Under the pieces are notes generated by a model. It saw only the letters and a program-made list of their open reading frames with translations. It searched no databases and was not told the origin of the DNA. From Lingula anatina (Eukaryota; Animalia; Brachiopoda): DNA of 64,000 nt. The translations under genes and the position numbers were made by a program. Where the stretch lies: assembly GCA_051362555.1 (NCBI GenBank), contig CM120643.1:19162848-19226847 (forward strand). Direction: 5' to 3'. Shown here one piece after another: positions 1-11,683 of the stretch. Every line of letters begins with the position of its first letter. Position 1 is the first letter of the stretch.

Positions 1-849
1 TGACCTTATTGTGCATTGCATCAGCATGCAGTTTTCTCTTTATTTCCTGAAACTTTAGTATTTTTTCTCTCCAATGATCAATAAATGTCATGCAAAAGAT
101 TTGGCAACAGATTTTTTTTTTTTGGGGGGGGGGGGGAAGGGGGTAAATTTTCTGATAATTAATACATCACTTTTCATGAGGACGACGTATGACAAATGTG
201 AAACATGCCACAATTTTCCTTTTTTTTTCTATACACTCTTTCTGCCTTATTACTCAAAGATTTCTCTCCAATTCTCTCACAACAAATGCCGTCCTCAAAT
301 ACAATCCAACTGTAATAACTGAGGAAGCATTGCATCAGAAACACACCAACCTTTTCATCTGAATCATCAGTTTATACACATGATTTGTATTGATCTCTCT
401 AACCACACATTATACATGGTACAATCGCTTTGAGGAGGGGGGGAGGGGAGGGGGAGGGGCTCAAACAAACCATCCACTTGGATATCTATCAAGTCCTGAA
501 CTAATTTATTAAACAGTCCCATTTTTTTTCTAAAAGAAATACCGCAATCCAATAACTGACCACAGATCTGTTTCACACATGATCTCAATGACAGACACCG
601 TGTAATACAATGACCATGAAAATTTCATACAGGAATATTTTATCACCCTGACTATCTCCAAACCAACAATTAATCTGCCTGATACTAAAGAAATATTACC
701 ATATTTTAAGTACAGGCACATGTGAAAAAAAATGGCAAAATGACAAAAGACAAAAACCGAAAAGAGAAATGAAATTTGGGAATCAACTTTACTATTTTTA
801 AAAACTGTCTCCTACACTGCAGTGCCACAAGGATAATTCTGTCATAAAC

Positions 850-962
850 TACCCTCTACCAGGGCAAGAGATTGATTTTTCACAGATATGTCTCTAGATA
901 AATAGACGGTCATTTTCCGTTTTTCCCTAAAAGTATATAATCTGCCACCCTGGTAGATGGTA
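850..962. mobile_element. Mutator/MULE-type MITE
   Basis: TIR TACCCTCTACCAGGG / CCCTGGTAGATGGTA; 9-bp TSD gtcataaac/gccataaac (1 mismatch). Confidence 0.7.
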
Positions 963-2703
963 GCCATAAACCCTTTTTAAAATACTCTACTGCCAGATGT
1001 CACTGCGTACACACAGCAGTACAAAACATTTGACTAAGCTTGAAACACCCTGTGTTTCCTGTTGTCAAGATCCATCAAAAGATAAAGTTATAGAAAAAAA
1101 CTGCTCTGCTGAGTTCCTCTCGCTCCTAGTAAGTAAGACCCCATTCCCACAGATTTTAGATCGATCTATCCCTGTGGGGATTCTCACTAGATTACTGTCA
1201 GCTTAGCGGGCTTAAGCGTCTGTTGCCCGTAAATATCTGTGGGAATCGTCCCTTATTTTCAAAGAAACTATGAAACTCAGGGTGAAGATATCAGGAAAGG
1301 GAGCGGTGCTTGAAGCTAAATGCAATTAGGTTATTATTTTCCTTGACTTTTTTTCTTGACTCTTTTAAAGACAGACAATACATTTGCAATGTTATCCCAG
1401 CCCACCTGAGGTTCTTTTCAGTGCACATGAACTGTTTTAACGGTTAATAACCTCTCTTTCATGCTGCTTAGTATTTCCGATAGCAAGTACATCATCTTCT
1501 CTATAATTATTTCTGCACTGAATATATCCCAACTCTCTACAAGGTTTATAATGTACATAATGGGCTCTGAAAAGGTGGCTACACCGAAACAGATTGAAAC
1601 AGATCAGACCTACAGGGATGCTGGTGTAGATGTCTTTTTGTCAGTGTCACTTTTCTCTCAAATGGGTTTGCAAACATCAGTAAAGATATTAACACTTGAC
1701 TGAGTTATTACCTCCGCAAGGGAGGTAAATTTTTAATGTTTTTGCATTCAGTGATTTGTTAGTTAACAGCTTTACTCATAAAGCAGTGGATTGTTGTACT
1801 GGAATAACGAGCATCATTTTTGTTAAAATTTTGTTCACCAAACATTGGATTTATGATTCATAAAATAAGAAAGTGAAATCTTCCTGAGAGGCTACAGTAA
1901 GTTCAAGTGCACAAATATCAAATAAATGGCACTGATAAAGTCAAAAAATTTTCAAAAAATCAACCCAGCTAAAAAAAGTGAAGTATTTAATAAATTTGTA
2001 TTACTTTACTAATTTTCTAATTTTATGTTAAAACGGCCTATCAAGTTGTCTTAACAATGATACCTAACTTTTAAATAAAGTGTGGTTCAATAATTACCCT
2101 AGAGTTCCCAAAATCTGATGAAATACCCCAATGCAGCTTATCAATATAAAGGCAGACCCCTGAATGCCCAGGTAACATGATATAAGGTTATCTCCACTAC
2201 AAGGGCAGGGGTTTGAGAGACAGCACCCAAACTGATAAAATAACCCAAACGGAACAGTCTGCTTTATCAAGATAAAAGCAAAAGTAACCTCTGGGGCTGG
2301 TTTCATCAAATAGCCTACAACTGAAAGCCAGTCTCAGTTCTGAGATATAAAATGTGGCTCTTTTTAGTTCAGGATGATTCGAAATAAGTCAACTAAAATG
2401 AAGTTACTATTTGTCTTATTAAATATAGGCCATTTTTCCTTTAAAAATTAGTCCCAATATTTCATAAAAGTTAAATATCACTGGTTGGACAAGCCGGAAA
2501 CAACTATTCTTGGTGGTAGATTTGATCAGCCATGTACAATTATTGGTCAATAATGGCAAAATTAAAAATATATCTTTTTGAACTGTAGGCAAAGTGAAGA
2601 ATCAATAATCAATATTATAACTACTGTTACAGTAGAGCACAAACATCCATCTAGGATCAAACAAGACATTGCCAAGTAATTTTGATCTAAAAATAAAAAC
2701 CAA

Positions 2704-2961
2704 GGCTTCGTTCACATGGAAAGTCTATTTTCTAAAAATCTATTTTCTATTCGCGGTATCTTATGATCATGGTCTGTGCCCTGAATATCCCGCGGCGTAA
2801 TTACTGGCAGCGCGAGCCAGTTACTATAAGTTACTTTAAGTAACTGGCTCGCGCTGCCAGTAATTACGCCGCGGGATATTCAGGGCACAGACCGTGATCA
2901 TTAGACATACCGCGGATAGAAAATAGAATTTAGAAAATAGACATTGCATGTGAATGAAGCC
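2704..2961. mobile_element. Fold-back MITE, PIF/Harbinger-like
   Basis: Almost wholly palindromic 258 bp with termini GGCTTCGTTCACATG / CATGTGAATGAAGCC; 3-bp TSD CAA. Confidence 0.8.
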
Positions 2962-3292
2962 CAACTCTCAGTCTTTGGGTCTTTTGTGGAACCAGATCCT
3001 GTAAAGGTGATTAAAATAATAGTATATTAAGGTTATCAGGAACCCAAAGAAAACTTGTCTGTGCATACAATAGGTTATCAGTGCATGTTTCATGTGAAAG
3101 CACAGCTCCATCTTGATAAGGAGAAAGGGTTTTTTCAAAAAGGACAGAGTGATTTTAATCAACTGAAGTTGAATAAATATGCAAAAGAAAAAAGAAAAAA
3201 TCTGAACTTCTGTCTCGAATCTATCACAATCAGTGGGTGTGTAAAAGGTAATACATGGTAAAAAGGTATTACATTAATAATTATTTCCTCTA

Positions 3293-3459
3293 CAGGGGCG
3301 GATTCAAAGATATATTCTGACATCTTCCAAATTATCTTTGATGATCGGTTCTTCATTTTTGACCGTCTTCCGACAGAAAAAACTAGATAACCGTCAATGT
3401 AAACTTGAAAATCTGACCGTCTTCCGGAAGACCCAGAAGACGCCCTAAATCCACCCCTG
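3293..3459. mobile_element. CAGGGGCGGAT-ended MITE; relatives at 22636-22931 and ~36312-36476
   Basis: TIR CAGGGGCGGATT / AATCCACCCCTG; 5-bp TSD CTCTA. Confidence 0.7.
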
Positions 3460-3944
3460 CTCTATGATCAAAAAAGTTCCTAAAGACTTACTTTGTACTA
3501 AGTCCCAAAATTTCTGAAATGGGTTGCTTAAAGTGCTTCCAATAAAAAGGGGAGACAATAGGCCATTATGTTTTTAACAAATGCCTTTCAATTGACATGA
3601 GTACATCTAAAATAACCCCATCTTCATTCAGTTTCTGTTTTTTTTTTTTTGTTTTTTTTTTTTTTTTCAAGCCTGACTTTCCTATCCTACAAATATTTCA
3701 AATTCCATCTTCCAGTCTGGCTTTCTATATATCTGATGTGAGGAGAGTTGTTCAACATTTTTTCATGAGCTAAATTCAAGCTATTAGTAAGTAATTCTTT
3801 TTAACCTGTATAATGTTGTTTTAATAGGCAGGTACAGACCACAAGGCACTATGATGTCTCACAAGTACAGCACTAACTTACTGCACTTCCTTCTCATTAA
3901 GAATTTCTATATTCTGTGGTAAATACCAGTAGCTTTTGGTACAC

Positions 3945-3978
<34 letters not shown>

Positions 3979-4320
3979 ACCCTTACACACACACACACAC
4001 ACTTCTCTGCTTCAGGCTCCAACACACAGAAAAAACTTAGAACCTTTTTCCTTCATACACATATCCCACATCCAGTCAAGCCAACATATTACCTCAAGTT
4101 TCCTTGTTATGCTTTATCTATATCTAGAACATGATTCTCCGATACAAAACCATCAGATTCTATATATAACAATTAATGGTACACTTAAGAGACATTCATT
4201 GTGAGTACCATGATAAATGTTTGCCACAAAGATGTACAATTTTACAACTGTCTGGTATGTTTATAGTTATAGAACAACAATGGTATGTATGAGTGACATA
4301 TACAAATTATATACCAGTAA

Positions 4321-7300
4321 CCCAGATAGCATGCATACGATGGGCCAACGTTGGCCCAACGTTGCCTTGGTTGACCATGCAACGTTGGCCCAACGTTGGG
4401 TTTCCATCTAAGTGCTCACTTTGGCCAACGGTTGGCTGAACGTTTTTTTAATGCCAACGCATTGCCAACGTATTCCCAACCAAACTGCGTTGGCCCTACA
4501 TTGGGCCAACTAATAACCAACATTGGTCCAACAATTACCCAACCTGTAACCAACAGTGTATTTACGTTGGTCCTACTAATAACCAACATCAGTCCAACGA
4601 TTACCCAACCAAACTGCGTTGGCCCTACATTGGGCCAACTAATAACCAACATTGGTCCAACAATTACCCAACCTGTAACCAACAGTGCAATTACGTTGGT
4701 TCTACTAATAACCAACATCAGTCCAACAATTACCCAACCTCAAACCAACAATGTATCCGCGTTGGCCCAACGGCAGGCCAACTGGTCACCAAGTTATCTG
4801 CAATTTGCACAACAAATTATGATCCAACCTAAAACCAGGGGCACAGTGATTTACAGTAACCCAACATTGAGCTAAAGGCACAATCTTTTTTTTTTTTGGA
4901 ATCACATACGTACTAGTAGTAGGGCACTGTAATTACACATCTGATGCACAGGCAGATCAATGTCCTGATGAAATATCTTGAGCATCTTAAATCTGCAAAC
5001 TGCAAGATATGGCTGAAAAATTGGCAAGGTTTCTAAGGGATGAATCCTTCAGAGGACTTGATCTGCCTGTGATCATTTACACTACACCTGGAAAATTGTC
5101 AATTAATAATTGTAGTTGAAACAAAAAGATTAGTGATATATTTTGAACTGTTTAATTAATTCATAACATAACATAAAACAAATACATTACACCAACTAAA
5201 TAATGATATGTGAATTGAAATATAATACAAAAAGACAACAAAGAAAATTTTTATAAGATATTATAATATTAAATTTAAACATTAATAAGTGTGTCTTATA
5301 TCAATTGTTACATGATTCACATCAAAAAAATTTTAACAGTCCTATGACTTTTCACCTTATTCCTGGAGTCAAGGCATTTTTCTACTAGTAAAGTCTTTTT
5401 TGCCCCATTTCAATTTTTAAAAATATTTTCATTAAATTAAATTTTAAACCTGAAACCCTTGTTAATGTCAGGTAAGATGCTTTTCATAGGAACTTTCATA
5501 AGTTATATGTCAAGTCTATAAAATTACAGTCTCTTCCGTCAGGCAAAATCTCAGACATTGTCTCTTTAAAAATCAAATCAGTGGTCATATGAGTTCAATC
5601 TTTGTGTTTTTTTTTTCTCTCTTTCCTGTCCTGCACCTGCATGATCTTTGGCAAAGCACGAGTAGTTAGGTGTATCTTCAACATCTTTTTCTGAACAGTC
5701 ACAGAAGAGTGTGCTGCACCTACAAATTTAAATATTAAAAACACTTGAAATATAATGCTAGAATTGGTATGGTACATAACATGACTTTACCTCTTCCCCC
5801 ATATTTCATACACATACTAGTACTAGTAGGTGTGTATTATATGATAATCTCCCCACCTTTTCTAAGTTAGGCAAAAGCCAATATCTTAACTTTAAAAGTG
5901 TGTGTCTTGTGTGCAGTAATTTATAGTGATTTATTTAAATTAGTTCTTACGTGTACACTTGACCATGAATTCGTTTTTTAGACAACTGTAATGTACCACT
6001 AAATTCCACATCATTTAATCATTCCAACAACTCTATCACAGAATTTACTGGCCAGGATTCATACAGACACATAAGAACAATTGGCTTCCAAGGACTTTTA
6101 AGGCTCTAATTTAAATCATTTTCAATGATTTTAACTAATGAGGGCAAGTTATACATTAATACAGTTATATTAAAGTGTACATACCAAAGGAAAAAGGACT
6201 CATTTCATTTAAACTTTGTCTTTGTAACACATTGATGATGAAAAGTTGAAAATAAAAGTACAAGTAATGATGTATTAAAAGGTATTACCCCCATCTGTGA
6301 ATTATTGTCTGTATTCATCTCAATAAACTACAAAGTTTTAAATAATATTTTTACAAAGACAAAATGCTGAAATGCAAACCTTTTTCAAGCCTAATAGCAT
6401 TTTCAAGTACTTTTCAAAGTTACATTTAAACTAGAGCCATTTAAACTAGTTACATTTAAACTAGTCCAAAGTGCTGGACTAAATTTGAACACTTTTCAAG
6501 GCTGTATGGATCCTGGTGCATCAGTAAATAATGGGAAAATACACAATTAAAAAGTCACTTACCAGTACATGCTCACTTCTTATCCTATCTCTTTATCTCT
6601 TCATTTTCTAATTTCCAAAAAGATGTCTTCTTTTTATATCCAGAAATCAATGCTTTCAGCCGTAATTCTTGCCTCTTCCTTAGAACATTTCTGACCTTCT
6701 GGCTTAGATTTTTGAATTGGCTCAACGGTCAGCGGTCAGCGCGCTTAAGACTGTGCTATGTATAGTTATTTGACCTGTTTGAGCAGGCAGTAGGCAGACT
6801 GTTTATATCAAACTGACAGTTAAGATAAACACCTGGCTTGTAATGAATCTGGTCCAGTGAAAGTTACCAGTGTACTTTAATTAAAAGTCAATTGATGCTA
6901 ACTATAAAGTTTAAAATTTATATATTGTGCAATTGTACATTATAATAAGATTTCAATCATTTGTCTGATTTCAATAACAATAATAATAATAGCAATAATA
7001 ATAAATATTTTTCACAGCATTATTTAAAAAATATAAATCTGTTCACTCAGTAATTTTTTATAGGTGAAGTCTATGTACTATACACTATATCCATTCAGAA
7101 AAAAAGACAAAATGAAAAAAAAAATATATATATATGAGAGTATATAGCTTGGAAGACAAATAAAAGTAGAACACTGTTTTTTAGCCCAAGGAATTTGACA
7201 AACTCTTAATAAAAAAAAAAAAAATTAATCCTAAAAACTATATGTTACTGATCAATAGATAAGCACATGTGATTCTCAGTTGTGAACAGAAACATTTTTA

Positions 7301-7552
7301 TTATAACAGAAACATTATTCATTTCTATTGAGTTGTTAATTGGATACGTTGGCCCAACGTTAGGCCAACGTATGCAACAAATATGCACACGTTGGCCCAA
7401 CGTTGGGCCAACGTGAGCATATTGCAGTTATGTTGTGCATATTATGATGTGGTTGGGCCAACGTTGGGCCAACGTATTACTACCAACGCCAACCATGTGC
7501 CAACAAACCAACGATTCCCCTACGTTGGCCCAACGTATGCTTGCTATCTGGG
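4321..7552. mobile_element. Non-autonomous CACTA/EnSpm (CMC)-type DNA transposon A
   Basis: TIR CCCAGATAGCATGCATACG / CGTATGCTTGCTATCTGGG; 2-bp TSD AA. Subterminal arrays of the palindromic GGCCCAACGTTGGGCC motif at both ends; 129-bp tandem duplication at ~4476-4740. Confidence 0.8.
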
Positions 7553-8023
7553 AAGCTGACAATTTTTCAAATTTAGTCGCCAGTGGTCATGCTGCCTCGT
7601 CAGGTGGCAACCACGCAGGTGGGGGAACAATGTCTGGAGGATATAGTTGTAGAAAAACAAAACTACATGCATGACTGTCAGGTACATATTATACCAGTAG
7701 AATGTTTTTTTTTTTTCAAATTAGAGTTAAGACAGAATAATCACTGAAGTGTGAATATATCTACAAACTCTAATGTCTGATGGATTAAAAATGAGTCTTG
7801 ACATCTAATTTCAATTTTTCAAAATTATCCACAACTAAAATTTTAAGAAAATTCCACTCTCTATTTGATAGTGCTGTGGGTGCATAAAAGTAGTGGTTGT
7901 AGTGGTGTAGAGTACAATAATTGTCCAAAATTGCACACATATAAATATGCACAAGCACACACACGACATCCCACATGCACACACACACACACTTTGCTTT
8001 GTAGATAAATATGTAGAGCCAGT

Positions 8024-8110
8024 CTGCCAGTACTTCCTTGTACACATGGCTGCCAGTACTTCCTTATACACATGGCTGCCAGTACTTACTTATACACATG
8101 GCTGCCAGTA
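8024..8110 (-). repeat. 26-bp tandem repeat (3.3 copies) overlapping the SLC7 exon 3 donor
   Basis: Minus-strand unit TACTGGCAGCCATGTGTATAAG(T/G)AAG. Confidence 0.9.
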
Positions 8111-8225
8111 GCCGCACAGCCACATCCGGTGGCACACATGTGGGAAAGAAAGGCTGGAGAATGTAGTTGGCGAAGGTAAGAGCTACAATAGCCTGAGCAG
8201 TTGGACGAATGATGATGAGATTTAC
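8090..8225 (-). CDS. SLC7 transporter coding exon 3 (no further exon recognised in 1-8089; gene probably continues beyond the left edge)
   Basis: TTTTTCAG acceptor. Reads [45 protein letters not shown] (LAT TM3/ECL2 with the heavy-chain-linking Cys in PFFPTC). 136 nt, ends phase 1 at GTAAGT. Confidence 0.92.
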
Positions 8226-10228
8226 CTGAAAAAGATTTGGTTTAAAAATACATTTTGTAATACAATTAGATTTAACTGAAAAGGACTTTAAATATATAAA
8301 ATGCTTTTTTGTCCCACTTGTCCCCCTTAAAATGTCAGTGTATGGTCCCACTGTTGTGAGAAGTAACTCGGCAGTGGGACTGAACATGGCACAATATTTA
8401 TATCTGTGTAAGTTATTTATTTATCTGTCTTATGTAATTGTCATTAGTCGTAATTATCCATGTCATCAAACTGGCTTTAAACAGCTATGTAACCTTGGTT
8501 TTAAGTTTAAACATATTCTTTTTGTGTAACATGTTTATAGTATGTTTATGGTAAATTTAAAATCACACCAAGGTTTTTCGCATTGCTTAGATAGAATATT
8601 TTTTGAGTAATTTTACTGATACGTATGTCCATTATATAAAGATGGTAATGCACTAACTGTATTGTATCGTCATTAGTATATCATATTGTACAAGGTCATG
8701 ACAATCTATGTACCAGTATAGAAATAAATTGAATTGAAATTGAATTGAATATAATTTAATTTTTAGCAAGATGAGATGACCAGATACATTTTTTTATAAA
8801 TATTGACAATTACAGATGAAATTCATCAAAAAAGAGGTTAAAATGATATAAATGCACTGGATTCAACTAATTTCCTGTAAAACTTCCAAAACATGGAATG
8901 TATTTTGTAGCATCTGCAGTGCAAGCAATTATCTTGTCGTGCGTTCCACAGAAACAATCCATTGGCGCTCTTGAATTTACATGTAAATTCCCATATTCCT
9001 ATAAATCAAAAATAAACTTTACAAAAAAACTTTACAAATCAAAAAGCAATAGCTTATGCTGGTGGATGTATGATGACAGAGTGAAGTTTATACATATTCA
9101 CCCTGAAGTTTCTTTGACGGCATTTACAGCAGAGTTGATCTGCAGACTAACAGATCCACCGTCAGCCATATTTGATCTGCAGATCTGCGAATCAACTCTG
9201 TTGTGAATGCGGCTTTAACTGAGAATAAAGGAATAATGCCAGGGACATATTCCATACCAACAAAGAACTTCAGACTGAAAGTTGGTCTAAACTTTAATAG
9301 TAAAATCCAGTAGACTTTGACCAGATAAATCAGTCGTAGTCTAAATAAATGAAATATGTACTACACCAGTTTTATAATGAAACAAATAGCTCCTATACTT
9401 TTTTGAACTAATGGTAAATCTAATGGACTACAAATTTATTCTGAATTGAAGCAGACCAAAATTTGGGGCTTACAGCTAAGACCAATTTTCAGTCTAAAAT
9501 AATTTTGTAAAAACCAGACCCGCACCTAAAATGCACTGCTATTACTGGCAAATTGATCCTCCCACATAGTAAGTGTCTTCTCTTTACTTCTAATACAGCC
9601 CATAGCTGATAGGATATGGTGCTGTGATTAATGTATTGATTGGCATAGAATCAAGGCAAATTACTGGGGACAGGCAAAATATACAGACTAGTTAAAACAG
9701 GCTGTTACACTGCTGTCAGTGGGCTGGGACTGGTGTCACAAAGGAACTTGGACCTAAAGATTGTCTTAACTCTTATACATGTACCCAGTTGACCTAGAAC
9801 TTTGAGTTAACCTAATTTTAAGCCTCAAGTCCTAATTTTGAATCATGCCTCATGTTGTTAAGTAAAATGAGGATGTTCTCATGACAATGTGAATCAATAC
9901 AAAACTGTATTATAGATCTGGACTCAATTAACAACCCATCTTCCAAAATCATCATTCTTTGAATTAAACTAAATATTGATCTTTTTCTTCATTTCAAAAA
10001 AAGAAAAATGACAATGACAGTAGATACATTTACCTATCTTCTTCATTGAATTTTATATTTCAACTGAGCTTTAATGTAAATATCAAATGTAATCTCAGTT
10101 TTCATTCCAAAATTTTCATCAACTTCCTGGTATAAACCTACTCTGGATTCAAAATTCAAGGAAAATCTAATAATAACACTATGATTTTTCCTGCATCAAC
10201 CTCAAACTGTATCAAAGCATTCATTTAC

Positions 10229-10387
10229 CCATAATTGCAAGAAAGCACAGAGTGGTCCAAAAGTCTCAAAAATATATGCATAATCTCCTCCAGAGCGGCT
10301 TATGGTTGTACCCAGTTCAGCATAACACAAAGCTCCGACCAGGGAGAGAAATCCACACGCCGTCCAGATTATCAGGGACAGACCAAC
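10229..10387 (-). CDS. SLC7 transporter coding exon 2
   Basis: TTTTTCAG acceptor. Reads [53 protein letters not shown] (YAELG and SGGDYAYI motifs). 159 nt, phase 0/0, GTAAAT donor. Confidence 0.93.
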
Positions 10388-11652
10388 CTGAAAAAGACCC
10401 AAGAAAAACATCAAACATCTCTGTTTATCAGAGGCGGGGATAGAGGCTTACTTTGAAATAATGAGTCATGATCTTGACATTTTATACACGGTAACATGAT
10501 AATCAAAAGTAGCATCATGTGTTAAAAGCTACTGATTAATCTTCATTCTAAAGCTACTGATCATACCTCTGCAACTTCGATCTAGGATTTAAATGCATTG
10601 TGTTAGGTAGTTGTTGGTTAAAACTTATTTTTGCGTGTTTTATTGACACATATTAGAACTTAATTTTATTGCTGAAAATTTTCCAGATTCACAGAAGACT
10701 ACATTAAAGATGACTGGCAGTGGTGATAGTGTTGGGACTAGGGTGGGGGCTTGGGTTGGGGTGGGGGTGTCAGAGGGGGCCATGGTGTTTACCCTTTAAC
10801 CCACTGTGCCCTCTATCAAACCCATAACTCCCCTCCATCCTTGACTTATACATTTTCCACTGAATAGGTATTCAACAAAATTCATCTTTATTTTCTAAGT
10901 ATGAAACAGGCCTCATGCACTATATCTCCTGTTACCTCAATCAGCCTGTAACTAATTTAACCATTGCAAACACCAGTTTCTTATTCCAAAACTAAACGAC
11001 AGCAGGAAGTAGAACAGACAGGTGATAGTACTACAGATCATATAGTAATTGTTCTGTGTACTACATTCTTCCAGGTAACCTGCCCATCCTGCAGGTGTTG
11101 AGAGCAATGATCTACAGGTGTGTTATTACCAGGGGAGTACTCCACTACATTATACAGTTCTGGCCACCTACTACACCTAGGTTTGCTCGACATGATTCCA
11201 TGTACATAACAACAGACAAACAAACCAATAAACAAACAAACAAAAACATCAAAACAAAAGAACAAAACATAAAACATAAAACAAACCAATGAAAAATTAT
11301 TAAATAAATAAACAAAAATATGAAACAAAAGAACAAAATAATTCTTTATTTCAAATCCTTTCTGTATATAACAGGACTTGAAAGTGATAAATTTTTCAAA
11401 TCATCATTCAAAAACCAAAGAAGGGAACCGAAGTAAAATAATGGGAAGGAATTAATATAGATGCAGGTAATCAAAAATGCTGGGCTGTTGCGATGCTGGT
11501 AATATCACAATTTTGCTATGGAGAATAATGATGTGGATAGAAAAGAGATGACCTCATATATTCAGATACATATCAACTACAATGTACATGTATCATCCTC
11601 CCTTCCTGGGACTGAAACACTTTGTTGTTGTTTGTACCCTGCTGGGCGATAG

Positions 11653-11683
<31 letters not shown>

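Noticed and set aside
367-588. Minus-strand ORF with VQD as possible SLC7 exon 4 (also 5595-5777 and a DIFT match near 1285)
   Set aside because: Lacks the expected hydrophobic TM4-TM5 pattern (NC..V....VQ..FT..K..AL) and compatible splice sites.
3948-3978. Long poly-C and poly-G tracts (also ~18322-18349) as G-quadruplex signals
   Set aside because: Such homopolymers are frequent throughout the window and their lengths are error-prone; no specific context.
4396-4875. 159-aa repetitive ORF (and antisense 100-aa ORF)
   Set aside because: Translation of the subterminal repeats of CACTA element A; no protein-like features.
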